A DNA stretch of 56,236 nt from Nanobdellati archaeon (GCA_018304505.1 JAGVWA010000004.1:1-56236), one strand, 5' to 3'; counted from the first letter of the stretch, positions 18,607 through 29,012 are shown. Program-made: numbers and translations. The notes: a model not told the origin generated them from the letters alone.

Positions 18607-19724
18607 TCTAAAACAGCCAATAGTTATGCCTCTTCGGAGGCACTATTCTTGTACGACAACAAACACAAAAAACGCAACCACTAAGGCCAAATTATTTGTA
18701 TACACCCAACATCAAACACCAACGAGAAATCACTGCACCCAGAAACTTCTTTCGACAACAGATTTCAATGACATATCATGAGGACTTGATCACTTCATAG
18801 TTAAGTCTGATGTGAGCTTGCCAGAAAGGAAAAAAACCGCAAGGAGTGGTAGCACTCTTGCGCGATTCCTTTAAAAAAAAGCGACCAAAAAATTCATTCA
18901 GTAATGGATTAACTCCAGTTGATCCTGCTGGAGGACACTGCTTTTGGAGTTCGAATAAATCATGCAAGTCAGAGAGCAATCTCGGCGAACGGCTTAGTAA
19001 CACGTGGTCAACCTGCCCTAAGGCGGGGGATAACCTTGGGAAACTGAGGATAATACCCCATAGGGAACAGACACTGGAACGTTCTGTTCTTGAAAGGCTT
19101 GCCACCTTAGGATGGGACTGCGGCAGATTAGCTAGTTGGTGAGGTAACGGCCCACCAAGGCTTTGATCTGTAGGGGCAATGGAAGTTGTGGCCCCAAGAA
19201 GGGTACTGAGACAAGGACCCTAGCCCTACGGGGTGCAGCAGAGACGAAACCTATGCAATGCGCGAAAGCGTGACATGGGGACTCCAAGTGCTCATGCGAA
19301 AGTATGAGCTTTTGTCAAGCGTAAATAACTTGGCGAATAAGGACCGGGCAATACCCGTGCCAGCCGCCACGGTAATACGGGAGGTTCAAGTGGTGTCCGC
19401 GAATACTGGGCTTAAAGCGTCCGTAGCCGGCCTGGTAAGTCCTTAGTGAAAGCTCATCGCTCAACGGTGAGAAGTGCTATGGATACTGCTGGGCTTGGAG
19501 GCGGGAGAGGTAAGAGGTACGTTAGGGGTAGCGGTTAAATGTGTTGATCCTTAACGGACCACCAGTAGCGAAGGCGTCTTACCAGAACGCGCTCGACGGT
19601 CAGGGACGAAGGCTAGGGGAGCGACCCGGATTAGATACCCGGTTAGTCCTAGCAGTAAATTATGCAGACTATGTGTCGTGCCATCTACATGGTGGTGCGG
19701 TGCCGCAGGGAAACCGTTAAGTCT

Positions 19725-19832
<108 letters not shown>

Positions 19833-19841
19833 TGGGTGGAT

Positions 19842-19878
19842 AAGTCAAAAAGTGATTATGTCGCTTTTGGCTACACAG
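19842..19878 (+). other. 37-nt hairpin insertion, relaxed BHB intron in 16S (about E. coli 947)
   Basis: Hairpin agtcaaaaagtga/tcgcttttggct; removal restores GGGTGGATGCTGCGGTTTAATTGG; central helix has one mismatch. Confidence 0.75.
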
Positions 19879-20007
19879 GCTGCGGTTTAATTGGATACAA
19901 CGCCGGACATCTTACCAGAGGTGACAGCAGAATGATGGACAGTCCGAAGGGCTTTCCTAACACGCTGAGAGGTGGTGCATGGCCATCGTCAGCTCGTGCT
20001 GTGAAGT

Positions 20008-20040
<33 letters not shown>

Positions 20041-20295
20041 ACCATTAGTTACCAGGATTCTCATTACGAGGGTCGGCACACTAATGGGACTGCCTCAGTT
20101 AATGAGGAGGAAGGAGTGGGCGACTATAGGTCCGTATGCCCCGAATCTTCTGGGCCACACGTGGCATACATTGGTAGGTACAATGGGATGCTACTCCGAA
20201 AGGAGACGCTAATCTCTTAAAGCCTACCCAAGTTTGGATCGTGGGCTGTAACTCGCCCACGTGAAAATGGAATCCATAGTAATCGCGTGTCATTA

Positions 20296-21123
20296 AATCG
20301 AGTAAGTTAGGCACACCACCATTTTGCGGAAGGATTAAATAGATCATCGTTCATAAACATAACGGTGATTATTTGTCTTTTGAAGAACTGCATCGTCTTG
20401 TTGGCTCTAAACCACTACAAATGGTTATAGCGCAGCATCCTGAGGTGATAGCATTATATAGGCTATCTTTAGGAAAAAGCCAGCGAGATTTTGCGCGTTT
20501 TCTGAATATGTCTCAAGCAAAAGTTAGTGAATTAGAAAGAGGCATTGGGAGAGTAAACAAGGAAAAGGCAGAAGAGTGGGCTAAGTTATTAAGCTCAGTC
20601 CGTCTTCTGTCAGTTCTTGAACTTGAAAATAATAGATCCCAGATACATAAACGTGGAAGGTTCTTCGGAGAATATGCTAAAAAGATGGCATTAAAGAGTG
20701 CGGAAAATGCTGCAATAATAAGTGCAACAAAAAAGAAGCCAACGCCACAAGAGCAAAGGCTTAAGTTGCTATTTGAAAATGCAGGCATAGAACACCAGCC
20801 ACAGGGGGTGTTTCCTGCACAAAATCAAAAATTTGTTGTAGATTTTGTTTTTCCGACCATCGATAATCCAAAAGTGATAGTAGAAGCCAAAGAGCTAAAC
20901 ACTTCATATAGAAAGAGGCTTTCTGTTATTGATTTAGCATATCGGGCAATTAAAATGAAACAAGCCAATCCAAAAATCAAGATGATAGCAATCATAGATA
21001 CAAATGGTTTGTTGCGGAGTTCCCGTAAAAGACTATCTCTAGATTATGATTATGTTCTAATAAATCCTTCCGATAATTTGGTGGTACAAACATTAAGAGA
21101 AGTCCTAGCTTCTTGATGTGGAT
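20296..21123 (+). other. 828-nt BHB intron in 16S (about E. coli 1363) carrying an endonuclease gene
   Basis: cgcgtg tcat ta|a atcgag...cttgat gtgg at|t cacgcg; terminal stem atcgagtaagttagg/cctagcttcttgat. Confidence 0.9.
20373..21116 (+). CDS. Intron-encoded XRE-HTH + Vsr/DUF559-like PD-(D/E)XK endonuclease
   Basis: SQRDFARFLNMSQAKVSELERG HTH; KPTPQEQRL...FVVDFVFP...KVIVEAK. Confidence 0.8.
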   Translation: MSFEELHRLVGSKPLQMVIAQHPEVIALYRLSLGKSQRDFARFLNMSQAKVSELERGIGRVNKEKAEEWAKLLSSVRLLSVLELENNRSQIHKRGRFFGEYAKKMALKSAENAAIISATKKKPTPQEQRLKLLFENAGIEHQPQGVFPAQNQKFVVDFVFPTIDNPKVIVEAKELNTSYRKRLSVIDLAYRAIKMKQANPKIKMIAIIDTNGLLRSSRKRLSLDYDYVLINPSDNLVVQTLREVLAS

Positions 21124-21248
21124 TCACGCGGTGAATGCGTCCCTGCTCCTTGCACACACCGCCTGTCAAACCACTCAAGCGGGGCTTTGGTGAGGCCGCA
21201 TCTCCTTGGTGCGGTCGAATCTAGGCTTTGTGAGATGGGTTAAGTCAT

Positions 21249-22002
21249 AAATTTGTTGTGACCTTTACCAGTAATGGTAAAGACAAACCTGGCTATATGC
21301 TGGAAACTCCGAGTATCTCAAACTACCAGAGTCTTATCAACTCCTGCCATCAAATCGATAGCAGAAATGGTGAAAATGTTTGGGTGCGGACAATCAGCAG
21401 GGAAGTCGTGATTGACCCCTCAGAGACTACACGCCGGGCTCCTATCAGAGTTGAATTAAATGAGCAAAGCATACCTCAAAGGAGCACTCCATGACGCAAC
21501 TGAGCGAAAATACACTTTCAGACTTTGTCAAAAACAACAAGCATATGTTGAATTCATTGCTAACCTCGTTAGAAAACTTGGATTCAATGCATGGACATAC
21601 AAAGAAGGCAAAACAAGAAACGTGTACATTGTAGAGTTCAGTAAAAAGATCCTTGATAGTTTCGAAATACAAACGAGACAAGACAAAATCGATTATATTC
21701 GAGGATACTTTGATGCGGAAGGGAGTGTACCGAGAAAGAAATTGGGATTTCAATATATATACATCGCGCAAAAAAGCAATCAAGAATTGTTGGAACTGGT
21801 TTCTTATCTAAATGAGTTAGGCATTGCTTGTGGAAAAATCCACGTGCCATCAACCAAAAAACCAGATTACTGGCGCTTTTACGCGTCAGCTAAATCAAGG
21901 AAAAAGTTCATAGAAACAATTGGTTCATGGCATCCCGAAAAAAGTCAACTGCTGGGGAAGATGATATAGTCCGCGCGCTATGGCGACATAGTGTACTAAG
22001 CG
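21249..22002 (+). other. Group I intron in 16S after U1498
   Basis: Exon ends in U (aagtcat), intron ends in G before aacaaggtagcc; IGS ttgttgtgac; P/Q/R/S elements atgctggaaac, aatcagcagg, tcagagactaca, gatatagtcc. Confidence 0.92.
21460..21969 (+). CDS. LAGLIDADG homing endonuclease in the group I intron
   Basis: YLKGALHDAT and YIRGYFDAEGSV motifs. Confidence 0.9.
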   Translation: MSKAYLKGALHDATERKYTFRLCQKQQAYVEFIANLVRKLGFNAWTYKEGKTRNVYIVEFSKKILDSFEIQTRQDKIDYIRGYFDAEGSVPRKKLGFQYIYIAQKSNQELLELVSYLNELGIACGKIHVPSTKKPDYWRFYASAKSRKKFIETIGSWHPEKSQLLGKMI

Positions 22003-22229
22003 AACAAGGTAGCCGTAGGGGAACCTGCGGCTAGATCACCTCCTTCCATAAGCCCACCCCAAAACTTTTAGGGGTGGGCAAACTGGGCAAAACACCAGAG
22101 CCCCTCCGGGGGCTCAACGGTGTTTTTGGAAAACACTTGAAAAATGTGCAAAGAATCGCAACACAGGAGCGCTATCGCGAATTGCGGTTTTCCTTTAATC
22201 TGGCAAGTTCATTAAAAACACGATGCCTC

Positions 22230-22301
22230 GGGCTCGTAGATCAGTGGAAGATCGCCTGCTTTGCAAGCAGGAGGCCGGGGGTTCAAATCCCTCCGAGTCC
22301 A
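22230..22301 (+). tRNA. tRNA-Ala(TGC) in the 16S-23S spacer
   Basis: gggctcg...cctgc tttgcaa gcagg...ggttcaaatcc...cgagtcca cloverleaf. Confidence 0.95.
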
Positions 22302-22359
22302 TTCAGGGGCTTGGAAGCATGAGAACCTCCGCTTGGTTTTTACTGATTTCGGGCCCCTG

Positions 22360-22612
22360 GAACACAGCAAGAAACAGACGAGACAAAGTAATAAAAAACA
22401 AACAAGGGAAAACAAAACAACGGAAAACAAAAAAATCAAAACAAACAAAAATCACGATCACAACAATGCATAACAAAACCACAGCAAAACACAGCAATAA
22501 AGGACCACAACAACACAACAGCAAAGAACCACAATAAAGCACCACAACAAGGCACCACAGCAAAGAACCACAACAAGGCACAACAAAAAAATCACAGCAT
22601 GAAAATACCAAA
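22360..22612 (+). repeat. A/C-rich low-complexity spacer with degenerate accacaacaa/cacagcaaag repeats
   Basis: Strongly A/C-biased top strand. Confidence 0.8.
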
Positions 22613-22658
22613 GTAAGCAATTGGTATTGGATCGCAAAGAGTAATGCTCAACCATTAC

Positions 22659-22686
22659 GATGAAGTTGCGCTGCAGCAAACAATGA
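22659..22686 (+). other. 5' strand of the 23S processing stem (pairs with 26000..26027)
   Basis: gatgaagttgcgctgcagcaaacaatga is near-perfectly complementary to tcattgtttgtcgcagcgcaacttcatc. Confidence 0.85.
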
Positions 22687-22699
22687 TTACTGAAGGGTC

Positions 22700-25600
22700 T
22701 AAATAAGCTATTTGGTGGATGACTCGGCTTGAAGTCTGACGACGGGCGTAGCAAGTTGCGATAAGCTTGGGGGAGATGCAGGCAATCCTTGATCCCAAGA
22801 TTCCCCAATCATTCCGAGAGGAAGAATCACGCGGTGAATTGAAACATCTCAGTAACCGCAGGAAAAGAAAGCAAGAGCGATTCCGTTAGTAGTGGCGAAC
22901 CAAAGCGGAACAGGGCAAACCGAATCCACCGTGGTGACGTGGTGGAAATGTGGTGTTCGGACCGTCTTCAACTTTCAAAGAGATCTCAAAGTCCCCTGGA
23001 ACGGGGCGGCGTAGAAGGTGATACCCCTGTAGAGAGGTCTGCGAAAGTCGTTATGGCGAGTTCCAGAGTAGCGTTACGTGAAAGTAGCGTGAACCCGGGG
23101 GTACCAACCCCTAACTCTAAATATGGCTCAAGACCGATAGAGGACTAGTACCGTGAGGGAATGTTGAAAAGTATCCTGAGAAGGAGCTGAAAAGATCTGA
23201 ACCCAAATAGCGATATGCGTTACTGCCTGGAAGCTAAAACCCCCGAACATTAGGAGGGGGTGTTATGCAGGGTGGTAACTTCAGTCATGAAGCACTGGGC
23301 AGGGAGTTTATTTATGTGGCGAGGCTAACCTGAAAAAGGGTAACCGAAGGGAAACCGAAAACCCGCAGCATGCGAGGGGTGGTGTCTTAAACTGGCACTA
23401 TAGTCACATGGGTAAGACCTGAAGCCTGGCGATCTACACGTGAGCAGGATGAAACCGGCGCTCAAGCCGGTGGAGGTCCGCAACTAGTGCACAATTCAAC
23501 TGGCTTAGGTGACTTGCGTGTAGGGGTGAAATTCCAATCGAGCCAGGCGATAGCAGGTTCCTATCGATACACGCCGTAGTGTGGCCTCGGTCGAGACAGA
23601 TGGCATGGTAGAGCACTAATTTGGAAGTTATGGAGAGAAATCTTCGGCTTCCTTGTTAAACTCCAAACGTGTCATCGTCGTAGAAGCCGGGAGTCGGGGC
23701 GTCGGGGTAAGCTTGACGTCCGGAAGGGGAACAACCCAGCCCATGGTTAAGGTCCCTAATAGGCAGCTAAGTGTAAATACAAACGATGTCACAACCCTAA
23801 AACAGCTGGGAGGTAGGCTCAGAAGCAGCCATCCTTTAAAGAGTGCGTCATAGCTCACCAGTCTAGGGGGGTGGCGCGGAAAATTGACGGGGCTAAAGTT
23901 GCCAACCGATACCATGGATACCAACAGTAGTTGGTAGCGTAGATAGGCGATGTGCGAGAGCAGAAGCTAGGCCGTAAGGTCTTGTGGATCTCGTTCATTT
24001 GAAAATCCTGCTGAAAGTAACAGCCACAGAACAGTGAGAACCTGTTCCGCCGAAAGGGCCAGGGTTTCTCAGCCATGCTTGTCAGCTGAGAGTAAGTCGA
24101 TCCTAAGTGCATTCCTAACCGACGTGCACAAAAGGGAATCAGGTTAATATTCCTGAACCTAACGGATACGCGCGGCGACGCATGTCCATCGCGTGACGCT
24201 TTGGGGTAGGTGAAGCACAACCGTCGTTGTGTCTAAAAGGAATAAGGTTGTGGAGTATCGTAATGATGAGAAACAACCTAAATCCTTGAATGGCCCACAT
24301 TTGTGGGTTTTGCCAAGCCCTGGAGTCCATGAAAAGCGTGATGGAAAGGATTCCGTTAGATCGTACCAAGAACTGACACAGGTGCCCCTAGCTGAAAAAG
24401 CTTAGGCGTGGCGGGCCAGCCGTCTTAAGGGAACTCGGCAAATTAGTCTTGTACCTTCGGAAGAAGAGATGCCTACCCTCCTTCGGGAATGGTAGGTCGC
24501 AGTGACAAGGGGGGAGCGACTGTTTACCAAAAACACAAGTCCTCGCTAGCCCGTGAGGGTTTGTACGGGGGCTGACATCTGCTCACTGCCAGTACGTGAA
24601 TACCTGGTACAACGGGAGTAAGCGCTGGTGAAGAGCGGGCCTAACTCTGAGGCTCAACACAAAAAGGAGTTAGGAAACAGCAACCACAACAAGCAACAAC
24701 AACCACAAAAAAAATTTGGTTAAGCAGTTAGTATACATGTATTACGCAGCCTGAAAAGGGCCTCGTAAAACCTGGCTATGTGCGGGAAACTCCGAAGTAT
24801 CCGACACTACCCGAGTCTTATCAACTCCTGCTATCAAATCGATAGCAGAAAAGGGTAAAAACGTGATCGGTGCGGACAATCCGCAGGGAAGTCGTGATTG
24901 ACCCCTCAGAGACTACACGCCAAGGGCTCTCGATTTATCGAGAGGCATGATATAGTCCGATCCTAATAGCGATATTAGGCACACCAATAATACAAAGGAA
25001 AACACAGATGCTTAAGGTAGCGTAATACCTCGTCGCTTGATTGGCGACTTGCATGAATGGTGTAACGTCTCCGCCACTGTCCCTAAGACGGACCCGGTGA
25101 AATTGTTTGCTGGTGAAGATACCAGTAATTCCTAGTGGGGCGCAAAGACCCCGTGGAGCTTTACCGCAGCCTGTTGTTATGGCTTGTTTTTGCATACATA
25201 GAGTAGTTGGGAGACTTCGAAGCAGAGTCTTCGGGTTTTGTGGAGTCGACGATGTAACACCAACTATACAAAAACAAGTTGTTTACTTCGAGAGAGGGAC
25301 AGCAGTAGGTGGGCGGTTTGACTGGGGCGGTACGCCCTTGAAACGATATCAAGGGTGCCCAATGGTCACCTCATCCGTGTTAGAAACACGGAGTAGAGAG
25401 TCAAGGACAAATGGTGGCCTGACAGTGTTCCGTACAGAGAGGAACGCTGACACGAAAGTGCGGCCTAGTGATCACCAATACTCTTTTGGTGGGAGTTTGG
25501 TCTGTCAGAAAAGTTACCCCGGGCGTAACGGGATCGTCGCGGGCGAGAGTCCATATCGACCCCGCGGTTTGTCACCTCGCTTTTGGCACGTGTCATCCTG

Positions 25601-25980
25601 GCAGTGCATAAGCTGCCAAGGGTAGGGTTGTTCATCCATTAAAGACGCACGCGAGCTGAGTTCAGTCCGTCGCGAGACAGGACGGCGGCACCTACTAGGA
25701 ATGTTGATTATCTGAGGGGAAGGCACTTCAAGTACGAGAGGAACGTGGTGTCGGCGCCTCTGGTGTACCGGTTGTCCGACAGGGCAGCGCCGGGCAGCTA
25801 CGCGCCAGCTTATAAGAGCTGAAAGCATCTAAGCTCGAAGGAGCCCCTAAAAAGAGATAGTCACTCTCAAGTACTTGTATTTGAGACGACGGCTCCCATA
25901 GAAGATGGGTTTGATAGGCACGACGTGTAAGTGTTTAGGCTTCGGCCGAGGCATTCAGCGTGCGTGTACTAAACGCCGGA
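22700..25980 (+). rRNA. rrl: Archaeal 23S rRNA with one group I intron (ends approximate)
   Basis: ggtggatgactcggct, gaattgaaacatctcagta, cttaaggtagcg, agtacgagaggaac (sarcin-ricin loop), gctgaaagcatctaag. Confidence 0.97.
24655..25010 (+). other. ORF-less group I intron in 23S after U1923
   Basis: Exon taactctgaggct | intron ...cacagatg | cttaaggtagcg; core gtgcgggaaac, aatccgcagg, tcagagactaca, gatatagtcc. Confidence 0.92.
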
Positions 25981-26072
25981 GGGACTCTTCATTACAAACT
26001 CATTGTTTGTCGCAGCGCAACTTCATCTATCAACCACGCAACAGTTTCGGCTGTTGTATTTAGTTATGCGTA

Positions 26073-26116
26073 AGCCCCTTCTTTGGAAGGGGCTGAGCAG
26101 ACTTTTTTTATTTTTT
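26073..26116 (+). terminator. Hairpin plus T-tract downstream of the rRNA operon
   Basis: agccccttc tttg gaaggggct followed by T-rich run. Confidence 0.55.
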
Positions 26117-26258
26117 GATTAAGCATAAAAATTAGTTACGCCAAGGCAATTTTTGGAACTTACATAAATCCACGGGTACAAGGGGCTTGTTATGTCTGTT
26201 TTGTTGGAATTATTGCTCTGCTCCCAAGTTAGCCAAATCGTTTAGGTTTTTTGCCGAT

Positions 26259-26759
26259 TTATCCTATCTTCCGTAGTTTTTCAAAGTAGGTTTCTGTTTC
26301 TTTTTTGAACGCCGTATCTAAGAACTGTTTTGGGCTCAGTAGCTCGATTTGTTTCTTAAATTTATTGAAGTCGCGCACGTTCCTTGTCACAATTAAGTCG
26401 CATGATTTTTTGGCGCACGTCAACTGGTAGGCATCTTCATAATGTGTACTCTTGTTTTCCAGGCAGCTCATGAATTCATTGATGCTAAGGCTTATGGGGT
26501 TCCAACTGCCACTGAAAATGTGCCTCAGGGCATTTCGAGTTTTGTCATCTGAGTCACTTATTCCTGCACGTTCGAGTTTAAAATTCAGATAATTGCCCAC
26601 GGAAAAAGGCGTCGCGTCGCTTATGTAAGCATTGAATTTTTTGTCATTTACAAGTAAAACAATTGCAGCTGAGTGCTTGTAGTGGTCAAAACTCTCTGCA
26701 AAGTACACAAGCCGGATGTAATCCATCAGGACGTTTTTGTCAATAAAAGCGCTCTTCAA
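26259..26759 (-). CDS. PIN-domain (VapC-like) toxin
   Basis: FIDKNVLMD, YEDAYQ, IVTRNVRDF. Confidence 0.85.
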   Translation of the reverse strand: MKSAFIDKNVLMDYIRLVYFAESFDHYKHSAAIVLLVNDKKFNAYISDATPFSVGNYLNFKLERAGISDSDDKTRNALRHIFSGSWNPISLSINEFMSCLENKSTHYEDAYQLTCAKKSCDLIVTRNVRDFNKFKKQIELLSPKQFLDTAFKKETETYFEKLRKIG

Positions 26760-26983
26760 ATCAAACCCTTTTTTTCAAGGTATTGAATTTGTTTTTTAGC
26801 AGCACTGTCCTCTTTTTCGACAAACCAGGCTTGAAACCCGCGTCGCTCGTTTTCTTGTTCAGTCATTAATTCGCGTATGGCTTCTCTTATCACTTCACCT
26901 TTGCTTTTGTACAAGCCGGTTCCAACCTGCGAATCTATCCAATGTTCCATGTGCTCTGTTACGTCTGCACTTACCGTGACCAT
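26756..26983 (-). CDS. Ribbon-helix-helix antitoxin
   Basis: WIDSQVGTGLYKSKGEVIREAIR; overlaps the PIN gene start. Confidence 0.85.
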   Translation of the reverse strand: MVTVSADVTEHMEHWIDSQVGTGLYKSKGEVIREAIRELMTEQENERRGFQAWFVEKEDSAAKKQIQYLEKKGLI

Positions 26984-27054
26984 GAATCCACCTTCTGACT
27001 TTTATATTGTATTCTATAGCCGGCTAAATATTTAAGGGTTTCTATTTCTCTGGC

Positions 27055-27140
27055 ATCACATTTATGGTTTCCTAAGTTATTTTAGGTTTTCCTAAATATT
27101 CGGGTTTCGGTGTCGCAGCGCAACTTCATCTATCAACCAC
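27055..27140. repeat. Composite repeat: TTAGG-N4-CCTAA palindrome block plus 30-bp copy of the 23S 3' flank
   Basis: 27055..27121 resembles 28622..28688; 27111..27140 is identical to 26008..26037. Confidence 0.9.
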
Positions 27141-27218
27141 TTTTTTTCTTTTTCTAACTATGCGTTCAGCGAGAGCTTTATATAGCAGGTTGGGCAATAA
27201 TTGTGCAGGTGATTAATA

Positions 27219-27599
27219 ATGTGGCGCACGCGAGTTTATGAAATAAACGAGATTCCAGACGACACAAAGCGGTGGATGGCGGAAAGGCAGCGAATCAATG
27301 ATGGGCGTGGCAATGTTTATGCGGATACCACGCGTATAATTAGGGAGTGGGTGCCATGTGGTGAGATTGAGGTGTACACTGACGATAAAGAAGGAAATGA
27401 CTTTACGATTGTGCGCCAGAACACACTGGAGAGGGCAATTGATTGCCGCAGCGATGCTGAACGGTTGAACTTCCTAGGGCTAAAAGACGAGGCAGCAAAG
27501 CGCTTAAGAGATGCGGGGGCGTGCGATAGAATTCTTGAATTATCTGGTGGAACCCCTGAAAGGCGCGAGTCCCACCTCGACCCGAGAATTTTTATGTGA
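27219..27599 (+). CDS. MW-family protein, paralogue of 30604..31005
   Basis: MWRTRVYEINEIP...YTDDKEGNDFT...ACDRILELSGGTPERR. Confidence 0.85.
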   Translation: MWRTRVYEINEIPDDTKRWMAERQRINDGRGNVYADTTRIIREWVPCGEIEVYTDDKEGNDFTIVRQNTLERAIDCRSDAERLNFLGLKDEAAKRLRDAGACDRILELSGGTPERRESHLDPRIFM

Positions 27600-27639
27600 G
27601 CGTAGTGTACTGTGCAGTTGGTGTAGTGTAATCCAGTTT

Positions 27640-28056
27640 TTATAAGTGCATGCTTTGCGCTTTGAAAAACAGTTCTTCTGCAAAGTCCATATAACTTTCT
27701 AGTTCTTTTGTCTCGAATGTCTTGCCGTACATGTATCCTGCGGAGTGTAGTTCGTTTTCGATTTCTAGGTATTTGTCAAAGAGTTTCTTGTCAATTGTTT
27801 TCTTGTTAAGCAGGTGGTCCCTGATGAGGAACTGCAAGGCAAGGCGGCCTTTATATGGCCGTTCCTTTCCCGGGTATCTGATTTCTTTTACACCCTGCAT
27901 ATAGAGCATTGATTCAAAAGTAGTTTCTGTAGCTCTGAAGATTTCTTCTGCAGCTGGATAGAGCCTGTCTTCGTTAAGGTTTGCTCTAGCGGATTCCAGG
28001 TATTGCTCTGCTTTTCGTAAGCCCCAGTTAGCCAAATCGTTTTGGTTTTTTGCCAT
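27640..28056 (-). CDS. HEPN-domain protein
   Basis: KAEQYLESAR.NL...AAEEIFRATE...LHSAGY; coupled to an MNT gene. Confidence 0.8.
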   Translation of the reverse strand: MAKNQNDLANWGLRKAEQYLESARANLNEDRLYPAAEEIFRATETTFESMLYMQGVKEIRYPGKERPYKGRLALQFLIRDHLLNKKTIDKKLFDKYLEIENELHSAGYMYGKTFETKELESYMDFAEELFFKAQSMHL

Positions 28057-28618
28057 GTAACACAACCCCATGGGCATGGGCTTTTATTATGAAGGGGTCC
28101 TTTTTTAGTCTTGTTAGGTAGTCTTTTTCCGAGAGCACGATTGGTATTATTGGTAGCCCGCGCGCATGTTTTTGATTGATCTCGGAAATGATTTCCTTTT
28201 TGTTTTGCGCGATTTCGTTATTTGGGAGAACAATGAGTAAATCGATGTCGCTTTGCACTGTAGCTTGCTTTTCAGCAACACTGCCGATTAAGATAATTGA
28301 GGTTATATTGTGTTTTCTCACCAGTGACGCTGCTGTCCTCTTTGCCTCGGTTTCGTAGGTGTTGGTGAGGCCTTTGAATAAGTGTTTGAGGGTCTTTACT
28401 AGAAAGTGTTCTTTGTTTATGGAGTACTGTTTTGTTTTTCCGATTCTGTGCATCTTGATAAGGCCAAGCTGGGTTAGCTCTTCGCCTTGTCTGCTTATCT
28501 CTGGCAGGGATGCGTGCGCTTCTTCTGCTAGTGCCGAAGTTGAATAAGTTTTTCCATTAACAAGGACAGAGAGCAGTCTTATCTTGACTTTGCTTCCTAG
28601 CACGTTATCTATGTACAT
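28028..28618 (-). CDS. wHTH + minimal nucleotidyltransferase (MNT antitoxin)
   Basis: IILIGSVA...SDIDLLIV; N-terminal HTH. Confidence 0.85.
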   Translation of the reverse strand: MYIDNVLGSKVKIRLLSVLVNGKTYSTSALAEEAHASLPEISRQGEELTQLGLIKMHRIGKTKQYSINKEHFLVKTLKHLFKGLTNTYETEAKRTAASLVRKHNITSIILIGSVAEKQATVQSDIDLLIVLPNNEIAQNKKEIISEINQKHARGLPIIPIVLSEKDYLTRLKKDPFIIKAHAHGVVLHGKKPKRFG

Positions 28619-28691
28619 TTTATCACATTTAGGATTTCCTAAGTTATTTTAGGTTTTCCTAAATATAAGGGTTTCGGTGTCGCAGCGCGAC

Positions 28692-29012
28692 ATGGCTGTA
28701 AAAGTAGGTCTCTTGCAAACTGAGGTAATCCATTACCCAAATTTGAAGACAATATTAGAGGTAGAGGAAGTGCTGAAAAACGCTGATGGGCTAATGAATA
28801 AAGCGCAAATAAAAAAGGCATTGCCTAAGGACATCATGCACCAAACCCTCAACGTAATCTTGGGTTATCTGGAACAAAGTGGCAAAATTCTGGTGCCAGA
28901 GAAGGGGGTTCTATGGACATACAACCCGAGCAAGAAACTAAGAATGGGCCCGATGTGCCGGAAGTCCTCGGTTCGAATCCGAGCAGCCCCATACTGTATA
29001 GCCAGTCGTTGA
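28692..29012 (+). CDS. Small wHTH-like protein with C-terminus disrupted by a tRNA fragment
   Basis: HYPNLKTILEVEEVLK...HQTLNVILGYLEQSGKI...WTYNP, then reads through the tRNA-like sequence. Confidence 0.6.
   Translation: MAVKVGLLQTEVIHYPNLKTILEVEEVLKNADGLMNKAQIKKALPKDIMHQTLNVILGYLEQSGKILVPEKGVLWTYNPSKKLRMGPMCRKSSVRIRAAPYCIASR
28958..28991 (+). other. tRNA 3'-half fragment (att-site-like remnant)
   Basis: T-arm ctcgg ttcgaat ccgag plus acceptor strand cagcccc a; no matching 5' half nearby. Confidence 0.75.

Noticed and set aside
22360-22612. Possible CRISPR array
   Set aside because: Degenerate low-complexity repeats with no constant repeat/unique spacer period; no cas genes.
25981-26260. 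5S rRNA after 23S
   Set aside because: No 5S motifs recognised; it is probably unlinked.
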